Assembly: GCF_009914755.1 (NCBI RefSeq)
Contig: NC_060937.1
Source: the human T2T-CHM13v2.0 reference genome, Homo sapiens
Reading direction: 5' to 3' (one strand)
Length of the DNA: 64,000 bases
The translations under genes and the position numbers were made by a program. The notes beneath the pieces are model-generated. The model was not told the origin of the DNA. It saw nothing but the letters and a program-made list of their open reading frames with translations, and did not search any database. Below are positions 13,966-28,243 of the stretch, piece after piece (positions within the stretch are counted from its first letter, which is position 1; every line of letters starts with the position of its first letter).

Positions 13966-15943
13966 ACAGTTAAGGATAAGTGGACTTCGTACACAATGAG
14001 ACAAATGGAGTAGAACCACATTCTATGTGGACCTAATTTTATGGAGAAAACTGTACCTTTCAAATGGTTCTGACTGGGAGTGCTGCTATGAAAAGCCCAG
14101 CGTGTTCAGCCCAGAGCTCCCTACTTTTTATGGAATTCCAACTCTGACACAACACTCATAGCTTAGATTTAGTCAGAATCAACTTACCAAGCCTCAAAAT
14201 GTTCCACAGAAGCTTTTGTTTTTATTAATCTATTAAGACTTTACAAAGTTTCCTTCTCTTTGGTTAGAAATGAAAAAAGTGGGTTAATCTCATGTCTTGT
14301 TTCAACCGGGAAGCCATGACTTAAGGAGAGCAGCCTATCTGCCACAGATGATACCAAAAATTAAGGATACTCAAAAACACTGGTCCCAAATCAATGGCAT
14401 GTCCACAGCCTTTGTTCCCTGAAGATCTGCAGCTCATAAACATCCAGGGGAGGCCAGGTCTCCTCTCTGTCCTTCCTAGTTGCAGATACTGATACAGCAG
14501 AAGGCAAAGTTAGGACATGTATGGATTAGATTGTTCTGATCTCAGGACAATCTAGTTGCCAGAAAGAATTCAAGACTTAAAGAATAGCACTCTAACAAAT
14601 TCTGATTATCTCTGCTTTATCCACTGAGATTTTCAAACTACCTTTTCATTGCCCATGCCTCCCCCACTATTAAAAACAGCTGTCCCAAAATTTTACAGTA
14701 TAAGTCTCTAATTGTTCCCTAACAAATAATTTGAAAATGACAGACACATTTCACCTTCACCCTGCCAGGATTTCACAAAGTTGAGAATATGGGTTTAATT
14801 TGAAATCCATCATTACAAAACCATCCTCATCCGGCAATAGGAAAGACTCCCATTATAATTTTCTGCTGGGAGTCATTAGAAAAAGCCAAAGCAATAGAAG
14901 GGAAAAGGGTCCGAGAGCACCTCTAACTTACAAAAGTACAACCCACTTTGTTCAACAAATAAAAGCAGAGCCTGCTTTGTTCAACTCGTCCTCTAAGAGG
15001 ATATGGACTAGAAAATCTTTATTGCTGCAGCCTCATTCTATAAAATAGGACTGTATTTACCCATCTTTCTGGATGGCCAAGAAATAATGATACATCTTGT
15101 AAATATAGGTTGGTTACTTCAGGAAGGGATAGGAATTAATTTCAAATCTATCACATAGTATCAAGCTATTTCCCATGAGATTTCATACCAGGCCACAGCA
15201 CTGGAAGCCATAATTTCCATATTTATTGAAAACAGCATCTCAGCCAAAGTGGTACATTGTGTCCTCATAGTGAAACCTCACCCAAGGAAATGGAATTAAC
15301 TTGCACTATCATCATAAGTGTCTAGGGTTTTTTTTTTCCGAAAACTGTAATATTTGACCCCCTAATTCAGAGAAAGTTTCCTTAACTGCACTGAGCTCTA
15401 GCAAAGACTGTAATTTAAGAAACTGATTCCTAACCTAGTAAACTTTCTTGCCAGCAAACCAAAAAGTTTAAATCTGTGCAGTGCATAGTAAAAGGTAACA
15501 GAACCAAACAGCTGGATTTTTAAAATATCCATGTGTCTCCCAGCAGCATTGCAGGGTCTTCATTTATTTATGGTTACGTATTTTATTCTCCAAGGCTGTT
15601 TCACAATCTGTTTATATAAATTGTGTGTGTTAATGCATGTGTTTGAGTGGTGGGGGGCAGTGCACAGATTCATCTAACTTTAGACTGTGATGAAATAACT
15701 GATGATAAAGGATGCTATGCATGTGTAATATATCTAAATATTGGATTTTAAAACCACTTTTGATGGATGGCATTACATGATTAATTTTTGAGACTTCTGG
15801 CTCAGATTAAAACTTCCTACAAATCTAAATATTTTGTTTTTGTTTTCCTTTCTTCTAGGAATATTAATACAATTTTGGGAATGACAGCACAGAATTGGCA
15901 TGAATATTAGTACTTTCACCACAAAACAAATGTGACATATACA

Positions 15944-16353
<410 letters not shown>

Positions 16354-16668
16354 TTAAAAAGTTTTGCCCTGAAGATACATTGACGGTCTAAGATCACCAG
16401 TACCTGATTCAATTCCTATTTATCAATAGACCTGGATTGAAATAAAAGGCACTGATGCAGATAGCCTCAGTTAGGAGCAGGCACTTAATTATTGGAGTTG
16501 ACAATTATGCCCTCCCATAATGCATTTTTGGTGTCACTGAAGAGACCACCAGCATTCATGACTCTAAGCCAACATGGTTTTTATGTTTTAAAAAACACAT
16601 ACTTCACATGTATATGTGATTCACTTAGAATTTTTTTCAATGCTATTTTAACAATAAATAAAAATCTT

Positions 16669-16966
16669 GGCCGGGCACAGTGGCTCATGCCTGTAATCCA
16701 GCAGTTTGGGAGGCCGAGGCTGGTGGATCACTTGAGGCCAGGAGTTCGAGATTATCCTGGCCAACATGGCAAAACGCTGTCTCTACTAAAAATATGAACA
16801 TTAGCCAGGCATGGTGGTGTGTGCCTGTAGTCCCAACTCCTCAGAAGGCTGAGGCAAGAGAATCACTTGAACCCAGGAGGTAGATGTTGCAATGAGCTGA
16901 GATCGCATCACTGCACTCCAGCCTGGGCAACAGAGCAAGACTCTGTCTCAAAACTAAAAATAAAAA
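16669..16966 (+). mobile_element. Alu (Sz/Jb-like)
   Basis: Full Alu body; flanks AAATAAAAATCTT and AAATAAAAATATT form a degenerate TSD. Confidence 0.95.
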
Positions 16967-17211
16967 TATTTACCTATTGTTCTCTTGATATTATTATATA
17001 AGAAATACATATTCTGGCCAACTTACAAAATTAGTCTTACAATATTTTCCCTAAATTATTATGGTAAAAGTAGATTATATACTCCCTAACAAGGGCATCT
17101 GTTTTTAATCTTTGAGTAGTTGAAACCATGTAATAAGTTTATGCCTATTGAAAAATGTAATCTTTCTAAGGAAAAAATTAAATTTCAGGGTGTTCATTAT
17201 CATCTCTAATT

Positions 17212-17372
17212 CCACTGCTCCTCAATTCCAGGATGCATGCTTTTTTCACATTTGAACATTTTTGAAAACAAGATACATCTTAAAATAGTATCTACATTAA
17301 ATGTGGCTCTGTTCTTTTTTATCTTCTAAAATGCTGTTATTGCATCCAGCAATCCATGGTGTATCAGACATG
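17212..17372 (+). mobile_element. MER104-like TcMar/Tc2 DNA transposon fossil
   Basis: GATGCATGCTTTTTTCACATTTGAACATTTTTGAAAACAAGATACATCTTAAAAT...CAATCCATGGTGTATCAGACATGAGAAAATATG matches the recalled MER104 consensus. Confidence 0.6.
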
Positions 17373-17776
17373 AGAAAATATGCTATTTTCTGCATGCCTA
17401 CAACTCACCAGGTTCTTCTAGATGCTCGGTACACAGAAACCTATAAGGAGCAGGCTCACAACAATAGGCCAATGTATTTTACAGCACTAAAGTAGTTACT
17501 TGAGTAATATGCACCAATCAACTCAAATTTTGTTATATAATCCTTTATAACTCTCATTCTCAATAGGAAAAGACTGTGTCCCCTCCACCTCCACCCACCT
17601 ACACAAAGAGTACCTACCCAGCATCACCTGTCTATCTCTGAATAACTCACTAATACTGTGTATTAAAACTGTAAAATCAAATAAGCATGGCTGGTGCTCA
17701 CTGACTGAAGAAAGTGAGATATTTTAATTGTTAAGATTTAAATTATTTAATATGCCTCCCAATTACTTGTTTTAGA

Positions 17777-17854
17777 ACACATACACACATGCACACACAC
17801 GCGCACACACACACGTACACACACACGCACGCACACATACACACACACACACAC
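17777..17854. repeat. Imperfect (CA)n microsatellite
   Basis: Directly visible. Confidence 0.95.
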
Positions 17855-18444
17855 GTAACCTACAGCAAAATCAACCTTAAGTAAAACATAGAACAATCTT
17901 TCACTATTTTTCCTCCAGAACATTGATCCTGCCTTGGAAAGAGAAAGCAAATGATTTAGTGCATCTATTACTATACTACATTTTTATTAACTAAAAATTG
18001 TTTCCCCCACGCCTCCATTAAATAAATATACATCAAATATTTAAGTAATATAGATTTGGAGGGGCATCAAGGTATATCTGATCAGGAAACCCCACATAAC
18101 TTGGAACAGCCCTCAGCAAAGCTGGAACCCAAACATCAGGCTTTTTGGTTTCCAAACCTGGCTTTAGGACCTCAAAATCCTGGGTTCAGAGAGGTGACCC
18201 AAGAAAGCCCAAAGCAGGTAAGAAACAAGAACCAAATCCAGGCCTCTCAATTCCATGCCCCAGAGTTTTGTCCACATTTGTTAAAAACCTAATCTGAAAC
18301 AGTGCTATCCCTATCTTGAGATACATACAAGAGTAAGGTATGATCCTGCCCCCAAGGCCCTTGAGTCTCTATAAGGAATTGTGTGATTTAAATCAATACA
18401 ACTGAAATCAGAGACACAAAAGTAACAGAGTAACATTAATTTTT

Positions 18445-18446
<2 letters not shown>

Positions 18447-18475
<29 letters not shown>

Positions 18476-18754
18476 GAGACAGAGTCTCACTCTGTCACCC
18501 AGGCTGGAGTGCAGTGGCGCCATCTTGGCTAACTGCAAGCTCCGCCTCCCAGTTTGACACCATTCTCCTTCAGCCTCCCGAGTAGCTGGGACTACAGGCA
18601 CCCGCCACCATGTCCGGCTAATTTTTTGTGTTTTTTAGTAGAGATGGGGTTTCACCGTGTTAGCCAGGATGGTTTGCATCTCCTGACCTCGTGATCCAAC
18701 TGCCTCAGCCTCCCAAAGTGCTGGGATTACAGGCATGAGCCACCAAGCTGGGCC
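18447..18754 (-). mobile_element. AluY-like (or AluSc8) with ~29 nt homopolymer tail
   Basis: Y-type diagnostics ACTGCAAGCTCCGCC, CACCATTCTCCT, CACCGTGTTAGCCAGGATGG, CCTCGTGATCC. Confidence 0.95.
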
Positions 18755-18869
18755 ACTTTTTAAATTTTTTTAAAAGAAGTCTCATGCGTCTATCAAGATA
18801 TTTCAAAACAAAAGGAAGTTTTCAGTTTGACAAAGCTATAAAATACAAATAATCAAGATAGAAACAACA

Positions 18870-19070
18870 TGATGATAATAGTCATGTTAACATTTATTGA
18901 CTACTTACTACGTAACACTCACTTTGTAAGGTGCTTTTCATCATTTAATCTACAACAAGATCATTAGATATTATTATCATCCTAATTTTACAGAAGAGAA
19001 AACAAAAACACTTTGAAAGTTGCTTAATAACTTACCCAAATTTACATATGCTAATAATCAATTCAGCCTG
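18870..19070 (-). mobile_element. MIR
   Basis: TAACATTTATTGACTACTTACTA...TTATCATCCTAATTTTACAGAAGAGAAAAC...TAATAACTTACCCAAA. Confidence 0.75.
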
Positions 19071-20516
19071 CAATTTCAAAGGTCCTGCCACCATCCTATA
19101 AGTAGTTCTTTAAAAAGGGATAATAACCCTCCAACACACAATCACACATACACATATGAACACCCAGGTCCAGTTTTATCTGTCTCTCTTTATGGTCTGC
19201 TTGCTTTGAGTATCTCAAAATTCAGCCATATCAAGAAAGAAAGCTGGGAGCTGGAAGCTGAGAAAAATACTACCCACACTGAGTTGGTCATTGGTAATAA
19301 ATAAATTAACCAATAAGGTGAAGAATAGGAAGAGTTTAAACAAGAAAGTTTCCAACATGTTATGCTTTAACTAACTGTGAGTTGAAGTAATTATTGGGAA
19401 AAAAGGACAGTATTTTTAGAAAAGCAATTAAATTTAGCTGATAGGTGTCACTGACACTAAGGTCATTTCAACAAAAAGGATTTTCAAAGTAACAGAAGCA
19501 GAACTTAGGGCAGAAGCACCCAAGAGATGGCTTCAACAGAATCAAAGACCAATTTGCCCCAATGTTCAAGGAGAGGAAAGTATAGACTTCATTTCCCTCA
19601 AGATCCCACTGGGATTGGATTCCTTTACTTAATTAACTACTCATCCATGATACTATCTAAAAAATGCTGATCCTACAGCTTTGTGTAGACAACGTGCTAT
19701 AGCCTCAACTACTCTATTTAATGGAATATCAATTTTCCTGCCTAATAGAGCTCAGAATTTGAACTTCCTTCACGTAAGCTGATATTCTCTTTCCTCATTT
19801 ATACTACAGCTATGTTTGTACTGAAAGGCATGAAATATTAATATTTGTGCCCATGATCATACAGTCCAATGTAAGGAAAAATACAAGTGGAAAACTAAGA
19901 GGAAGAAACAGTCATTTCACTGTCTTTCAAAGTAAAACAATTACAATTATGTAGGAAAAATATTACTTGTAAAAATTAACTCAAAACATTTTTTATTTAT
20001 AAAGAAAAATTGTTATTGATTTACATGTTTACAACTGTCCTGTCGCACAAATGTGCAAGCTCCCCTACTGTATCATAAGGTTCTTGAGGGCAGGGGTTAG
20101 ATTCAGAAACTTCACCTCTTACATTGGATGCCAAGGACCGAGGGTAGGTACATAGTGTTTGTGTTCCCCCACCGTCTACCTCCTGGCTGTGAATGAACTA
20201 AGAAGACAGACTAATGATCGTGATCAGTTTAGTCATGACAGATCCAGCACAGCACCCTGGCCATTCATGACAGATGCCTATTTAGTATGAGCTGGACAAC
20301 AGGGAAGTAACATCAGTGTTATCCAGTTATCTCTATGAACCACCAATTGAAACTAGATTTGATATATCTTCCCAATTGTTTAGTTTGATTTCTTCCTTTG
20401 GAATAGCTACTATTTTAAAAGTTTAGGCATATGGCAATACTTAGCAAGAAGTAAATATTTAACCCAATCTCCACTAAGTAAAGCCCTTAACATTTTATAT
20501 ATAATCTGAAGACATC

Positions 20517-20632
20517 CTGTATGTATGTGCATGTATATGTATGTATGTGTGTGTGTGTATATATATATATACACACACATATATATATACATGCACATAC
20601 ATATAAATATCCATATATACATAAATATATAT
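20517..20632. repeat. Compound (TG)n(TA)n(CA)n microsatellite, palindromic overall
   Basis: Directly visible. Confidence 0.95.
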
Positions 20633-21579
20633 CAATATAAGCTGGCACTGTGATATAGTGCTATTTTCTACATAGTAGCAGCAAATCAAGATTACATACC
20701 AAGAGAAGGCATTTATCTTCCATCATGTGTTAATGCTGAAACACATTAACTTTCCTCTCCTCATCTCCCTACCTCTTCAGTCATGTCTACCTTTACATGC
20801 AAAATACAGTAGCTGCTTATTTTAAGGAGTACATAATTTCACTAAATATTATTCTGCTCATTGTGCTTTCTCATTCCATTCCTATCGCAAAGCTTTTAAG
20901 TTGTTTGTCAAGTCTAAAATCTCTCCTACTTTTCACTGGAGAGATTAATTTGGTAAAAATAGAATCCCAAACTGCCATTGCTCTTTTAGTCATCTTAATT
21001 AATTGTAATTAGTTTTAAAATATTCAGTTCCCGATTTCCCATAAAACTGAGGGCATCACACACACATGTGAGTTATCATTATTTCTTAGTACCAGCACTT
21101 GTGATAGAAAGGTAACCATCCATTCTTTCCTGTGGTCTTTCATACTTTCAACCCTGATTAGTATGTGAGTGGCTGGTAAATAATTAATTTTATAGTGAGT
21201 GACATATTTTGAAATCTGCAAAGTATTTTATTCTGGGAATTTAAGGCAACCCTTGCATTTCCCTAGATAGCTCTGTGTACGCCTACAATTATAAGTTGAA
21301 GCAGATTCTTGACTTTCCCATTAGCATCTAACAATTTATGAGCTTTTGATATCCATGGGATGATTTTTAAATGATGACTTTAATTCCCCAATGCATCTAG
21401 ATAACTAGAAAAATAATAGACAATAAGTGAATGCTTTAGCGAAGGAATTTAACTAAGAATTTAAAGCTTCACCCAAGCTGAAAGTAATCAAATAAACTTT
21501 ATAATGGTCCTGCACTGACTTCAATATTCTCTTTACATTTTTAAAGGAAGGTAGCAGCTTCAAATAACTTATTTCATGT

Positions 21580-21742
21580 GGACTGCATAACTATCCTATT
21601 ATGTAGTAATCATTATATACAATTTACAGATAAGAAAGCTGAGGCTCATCTATTTTAGTTAAATTGCAGAATTAGGAATTGGCAGAGTTGGAGTTCAATC
21701 CAGATCCAGCTGCCTTTAAAGCCATATTCACAGTACTACACC
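21580..21742 (-). mobile_element. MIR
   Basis: ATTTACAGATAAGAAAGCTGAGGCTCA...TGGCAGAGTTGGAGTTCAATCCAGATC. Confidence 0.7.
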
Positions 21743-22074
21743 AACCCAGGCAGAACATGGATCCTTGCTCTTCCAACATTTACAGTACCTTTCAGGTCTT
21801 ATACCAAGTTTAAGCCTAAAAAACATATCTGGGTTTTGGTTATCTCATAGATTATACGAGTTACTTGGGTTCAATTTGTCACTGACCACACACTGGGTAG
21901 GCAGTGATAGGTCTGTAATATTAACCATAACTAAAGATAACATATTTTGGAAATTAATTAATTTAAAAATCAAATATAAAGAAACATGTATCAAATAATA
22001 GTTTTCCCATTAAGAATTTGGCTAAAAAATCATGATGGAAATCAAAGAAAAATGTGTGTTTTTCTTAGCCAAAA

Positions 22075-22380
22075 TATTTATTTATTTATATCTTTAGAGA
22101 AGGGTTTCACTCTGTGCCCAGGCTAGACTAGCACGGTGGCATAATCATCGCTCATGGCAGTCTCTAATACCTGAGGCTCAAGTGATCCTCCCATCTCAAA
22201 CTCCTTCTGAGTAGCTAGAACTACAGGTGCATGCCACGATGTCCAGTTAATTTTTTTTTTAAGAGAGGTAAGTTCTCACTATATTGCCCAGCACAGCCTA
22301 GAATTCTTGGCCTCAACTGATCCTGCCACCAGAGCCTACCAAAGTGCTGGGATTACAGGCATGAGCCACTGTGCTCGGCC
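22075..22380 (-). mobile_element. AluJ (Jo/Jr-like), diverged
   Basis: J-type GGCTCAAGTGATCCTCCCA and ATAATCATCGCTCA; ends GTGCTCGGCC. Confidence 0.92.
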
Positions 22381-22771
22381 ACAGAAGTCTTTAATAAGAT
22401 TCAATTGGCATCATCCATTGTCAAAGTACAAAATGTATACTTTCATTTACTACTGTAACTAAAGGTGATTAAAGAGACAACCAATCATATGCCCTTTGCA
22501 CATTCTATGTAAACAATCTTTCATTACAATATCAATTAATCACCAATTCATTGGAAGTTCTGAACTCCATGGAAATTGAGTATTTAAGCAACAAGTTTGG
22601 TTGAATCCCTATTCCAAATTATTTAGTAGAACTCAGTAAGTGAAAAGAATTAGAAAATAGTTCTCCTTCTCAGAATTCAGATTATATAAATTCACTTGTA
22701 AAATTTTACATATTTAAAAAACACCTTTTATGGTCATTATTTTAGCTAATTATGCACTAGTTTCTATTGGG

Positions 22772-23248
22772 TGACAATTCTCTACCCTGTGGTACCTTTT
22801 GTCTCAGACTACTATTCAAGGATGTCTGTAAAGCAAACAGCCTGGGAGGATAAAGATTATGTCTTCCTCCTCCAGGACAGAGGATAATTTTGTTTCCTGG
22901 CAAGAGTCAAAGATAATGCCTTCCTCCAGGGCAAAGGCTGGGCAAGTGTGCCAGAAACAGTTTATAAGACTGGTTATTTCCTAAACTCTGTGTTCCTCAG
23001 TTGTGACACAGATCCAACAGGTATGAAGTAACCACCTGGCCCCCTCTGCATTGCCCTCAAGGGAGGTTCCCCTCAAGCTCTACAAGATGAGAGCTTGTAG
23101 CCCATGCTGCCTGCTGTGCATTGAGCAGTAACATCCTTTATGTCTGATCCAGGAGTTTCGTGTCTTCTGCGAGCATGTATGAATCAGGCAGGCTAACTTG
23201 TTACTTCACAGGCAGGTTAAAATCTCAGACTCCTCACTGCTCTTGACA
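22772..23248 (+). mobile_element. Solo ERV LTR (ERVL-like, subfamily not assigned)
   Basis: TATA-like TTTATAAGA at ~22961, degenerate polyA signal at ~23127, U5-like GGCTAACTTGTTA...AAAATCTCAGAC...TCTTGACA terminus; left boundary uncertain. Confidence 0.65.
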
Positions 23249-23744
23249 GCTCTATATGATTGATTAAATAAGTGTTTGCAGATGTTGGCTAACTCCAAGG
23301 TAAATTTTTACTCCTCCCTCTAAAGCCCAGAACTCACAGCTGTCACTTGTGCTCACGCAGTTAGGGCAAAACTAAGGAATACCATCTTCATACATGAAAT
23401 TCTTGGGACTGCCTGACGACTCTGCAGCTACTGAAATGAAGGAAGTGAAGACAAGCGCAGGAGTCTTTTCCTTCTGGTGGCCACTGTTGGGTTATTAGAA
23501 TCGTCATCTGTACACCAAAGACAAGCTATCCTTCTCATGCGCTGATTGATTACATGCTGTCACAGGCCAACCTGTAAATCCCTGTCATCAATCACCCTCT
23601 CTCACAGAGGATATGGGAAGATTTCATGTCTCAATCATGCTCTCCAGTTTACCCCAGGGTGACAAAAGCCAGATAGAGTCTTGGGGCACTGAGGTGATCA
23701 TACTCACTTTCCCTTCTCGCCTCATCATTTAGATGGATACAACA

Positions 23745-23910
23745 CTAGATAGTAACGGGCAACGTTTACAGAGCACGTCTCAATAATCGTTTTATCCTTC
23801 TCCCACACTAGAGATGCAGACAAGCAAAATTTCTATTTTCTCTTCACAGAGGCTCAATGAATTGAAGTGGCTTGATCCAGGCCCAGATCTGGTAACCAAG
23901 GAAGCAGAAG
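23745..23910 (-). mobile_element. MIR fragment
   Basis: CAGAGGCTCAATGAATTGAAGTGGCTTGATCCAGGCCCAGATCTGGTAA. Confidence 0.5.
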
Positions 23911-24031
23911 CTTCTTACCATTCCATGTTCTCTCTACTTCACAAAACCAAGGAGGCCAATAGATGGTCTCAGCACCCATTCTGGCCCTCTCAGAGGCGTC
24001 TTTGGCTACTCTCTAATGGACCTTGTAAGGG

Positions 24032-24245
24032 GCAGGGAAGTGCAGTGGTTAGGGAACACAGTCAAGAGCTAGATTGCCTGAGATTTTAAATCCTGTCTCA
24101 TTCACTCATTAGCCAGTCACTCCTGGCTCAGTCACTTAGGCAATTTATTTAACCTTTGTGTGCCTTAGTGTCATCATGTGTAAAATGGGGATAATAATAG
24201 TGCTTCTATTGTAGGATTATTATAAAGATTGAATAAAATAAATAA
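24032..24245 (+). mobile_element. MIR
   Basis: GTGCAGTGGTTAGG...GGCAATTTATTTAACCTTTGTGTGCCTTAGTGTCATCATGTGTAAAATGGGGATAATAATAGT. Confidence 0.85.
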
Positions 24246-24591
24246 ACTACTGTATCTGACACCACCATTGCTACCACTACAACTGCTTTGAGTCCCTTTT
24301 AGACACACTGATCCCTTTCTGGTTAGAAGCCCAATTTCTGATTGTCAGGCTTGGTTAGGAATTCAGGTGAACTTCCCCAGGGTCTCCATATCCAACCCTG
24401 CAAAACAGCAATCTAGGCTCACTCTGCCATCAGGAACCAAATTATCAAGAAGAATGTGACAAGTTCCACAAATATTTCTTGTGGAATGAATAAATGACTT
24501 AGGAAGACTCTCTGTTCTGCAATATACATTCTGGAAGAGAAATGAGGCTTTGGGCTTGACTATCCCTATACCCCCTTTGTGAATAAATCCA

Positions 24592-25078
24592 TGTGACAGG
24601 CAGAATGATGACTACCACCAAACCCCCAAAGATGTCCAGGGTCTATTTCCTGGAACCCATGAATATGTTACCTTATATGGCAAAATAGATTTTGCAGATG
24701 TGATTATGATTAATGGCCTGGAGATGGGAGATTATCCTGTATTTTCCAAGTAAACTCAATCTAATCACATCAGTCCTTAAAAACGAAGAACCTTTTTCAG
24801 CTGTAGAGAACCAGACAGATGGCAGAATGAGAAGGTCTCGACCCACCATTGCTGGCTTTGAAGACAGAAAGGCATCACAACCAAGGAATGTGTGTGACCT
24901 GTAGAAAATGGAAAAGGCAAGAGCATGGATCTCCCCCAAAGTCTTCAGCCATGCTGACACTTTGATTTGAGCCCAGTGAGAACTGTGTTGGACTTCCGAC
25001 CTGCAGAACTGTTAAGACTATACATCTGTGTTGTTCAAGCCACTGGGTTTGTGGTAATTTATTAGGGCAACAATAGAA
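24592..25078 (+). mobile_element. MLT1D-like MaLR solo LTR
   Basis: TGTGACAGGCAGAATGATG...GAATATGTTACCTTATATGGCAAAATAGATTTTGCAGATGTGATT...GTTTGTGGTAATTTATTAGGGCAACAATAGAA. Confidence 0.88.
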
Positions 25079-25164
25079 TCTCTGGATTCTTCCACTAGGG
25101 AAAGATCATAACCCAGTACTGGGACTATTCTGTAGGGTTAAGCAACAGGAAAGCATGTATTTAC

Positions 25165-25500
25165 TCACCAATTCATTCATTGATTCATCTTTTTTATTCA
25201 TATTGAGCACCTACCACAGCCCAGACACTGTTCTTTGGGCTACAGAAAACAACAGTGAACCAGAGAGCCATGGTCAGCTTCTGCAACCACGCAGCTTACA
25301 ACTCAAAGCTGACAGATAGAGATTAAGCAGCCAATTAATAAATTAGATAACTGCAAACAGTAGAAAGTGCTGTGAAGAAAATAAAATAAGATGATGAGAT
25401 AGAGAACACAGAGGGCAGAGCTGGGGAAACAGAAACCCCAGATTTGGGTGGATGGAAGGCTAAGAAATGACATTTGCCAGCTAAGCAAAGGTCCAAGAGA
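25165..25500 (-). mobile_element. L2 (L2a-like) 3' end
   Basis: ATTCATTCAT...TATTGAGCACCTACCACAGCCCAGACACTGTTCT is the antisense L2 tail. Confidence 0.8.
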
Positions 25501-26489
25501 GTTCATAAGCCACTAACTCGTGGCTGACCTAGCCTTCTTATGGATGCTGTAAGAGGTGAAATACCTGTTTTTGAGAAATTGATATGACTTCTCACTCCAA
25601 GGAAAAGTGTGCTGTGTGAATTGCTACTCTAATTTTCCTGTCTCCACTCTTCACAAGCATGACTTTTAAGGCTTTATTTTTACCATATTTTATGAACAGT
25701 GTAAAGGCAGCATTATCCCAGAGTCCCTGCATATCATTTTCAGTGAGAGTACTCAGCGTTCTCCTTATCTGAATATGGATGTGGTTAGACTCCCTGTGAC
25801 GGCTACATTGCTGTTACTGTGATAGATTTCCCTGTGCTGGCTGCAACCTGTATCAGCGACACTGGCTCTGAAACCAAATGCATTGCTCAGGGTTAGACCC
25901 AGACACAGTGCTAGAGCCTACGCAGACCACAGCTGTCTCTACTGCACATTTAGTTATGACAAAAATGTCAAAGCGTGAAGGTGGCAAATAAAGTGTCATA
26001 TCATGTAGGAATGATGGTCTCTGATATCCAAATCATACACACACAAAACAGGCCACTCAATTCATTTATTGTAATGTCTTGCTCTAATATCTATGGGAAA
26101 ATAGTACAAACAACTTCAATTTTTATTCAGGTTGTCATAGTGTCAATAATTACATCTCATAATTACCCCTTTCATAGGTTGTCTATAAAAGTAAAACTAG
26201 AACATCCAAGTAATCTGTCTCAACCCAGAGTTCCCAGACACACGCAAACAATGCAGGGCAACGCAAATTACCTTCACACCCTGGTTAGTTTGTTCTATAG
26301 ATGCCTTACTGTGTGAGAAGGGGCTAAGCTGAGGCATAAAATGAATCCAATTCTGAAGCTACTCTAACCATTTCTAGTGTTGTATATGTTAATATAATGA
26401 ACTTACAAATAAACAATATCTAGTAAGATGGCTTTTGTGTTGGGGGTGAGAGGTGCAGAGTTCACACTTTGATAATTCACTGATTCCAA

Positions 26490-26690
26490 GAATGGTGCTC
26501 AGGTTTTAGAGCCAGAGTATCTAGATTTGATTTCCAACTTCATCATATAATAACTCTATGACCTTGAAGAAGACATTTCCCTGACATAGCATCAATCCAT
26601 TTTTTCTCTATGAATTGAGGTCAAAAGTAGCACACACACTGCCTGGTTCAGAGGGTTCTCACAAAATGAGAAAGACTTTGTAAACTATAG
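26490..26690 (+). mobile_element. MIR fragment
   Basis: GGTTTTAGAGCCAGAGTATCTAGATTTGATTTCCAACTTCATCATATAATAACTCTATGACCTTGAAGAAG. Confidence 0.6.
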
Positions 26691-27143
26691 AACACAAGTG
26701 CAAACCAAAAGTCCCTTGGCCCTCCTAGCGCTACAGATATGTTGTATTTAAGGCAACAGCCTAAGTCCCAATCCTCTGAGCTCCAAGCATGGACTAACAA
26801 GTCTGAGCTTTTCCTGGGATCCCCTCCTCAGTTACTCCCTCCAGGATTCCCTGACAGTCAGACTTATGGCCTGCTACCTGACAACCCTCCTCTCCTACTC
26901 TCTTGAACTTTTCCTCTGCTCCACATGCCTTCATCACTCTGCCATCCACCAGTCACCATCAACACCTCTGACAACGTTCTCACGGAAGACAACTTCTTCT
27001 ATAGCACAAAGAATGGGGTGAAGAGGGAAGGGAAGGAACCTCAAGGCCTCACCATCAGGGAAGCCATTTCCACTCTTGAGCCTTGCTTTTTCAAAACAGG
27101 GCTGCCAAAGTAACACCGTTAGGTATCACTGACCAGTTCTTGG

Positions 27144-27330
27144 CAGGGGCTGGCAAATTTTACCAATAAAGGGCCAGATAGTAAATATTTTAGCTTTTGA
27201 AGACCACATCTGTCTCTGTAGCATATTCTTCTTTGCTTTTTTTTCTTTTTATGACCCTTTAAAAATGCATAAACAATCCAGCAGGCCACAGGCTGGATTT
27301 TCCTCAAGGGCCATAGTTCACTGATCCCTG
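27144..27330. mobile_element. MER58A hAT-Charlie MITE
   Basis: Terminal inverted repeats CAGGGGCTGGCAAA and TTCACTGATCCCTG; internal TAAAGGGCCAGATAGTAAATATTTTAG. Confidence 0.88.
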
Positions 27331-27346
27331 CGTTATGACACAGCTA

Positions 27347-27788
<442 letters not shown>

Positions 27789-28145
27789 CTATAGGTCGGT
27801 CTGGTCCACGTTAACAGACTTCTTCACTCATGGCTTTTGTTCAGGAACCTCATCACGTCCCTCAATCCAACCTTTTTTGGGGAATCCTAAGCTATAAGAG
27901 AGATCAGTGCACGTCTGAATGCCAAAAATGAGTCAAGCTCCAGTTCTTACACTCAGAGCCCCTAAGCTCTATGTAAATCTAGCATGTGGCTTCCGTGTTT
28001 CTATGACAGTTAGAAGGCTGCTCCACCCACAGCACATGGGACCTCTGTGGTTAGAGTTTCCAATGATACAATCAAGCCTAGGAAAAATGCATCTCAGCCA
28101 GTCAGAATATGTTATACATTTATTAGCTACTATGATTATTATCTA

Positions 28146-28243
28146 AAAAGGAAGAAGAGGAGGAAGAAGAGGAAGAAAAAGGAAGAGGGGGAGGGAAGGA
28201 GGAGAAGAGGAACAGGGATGAAGAGGGAAGGGAAGGAGAAGAA
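28146..28243. repeat. Polypurine (GAA/GGA) low-complexity tract
   Basis: Nearly pure A/G over ~98 bp. Confidence 0.9.
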
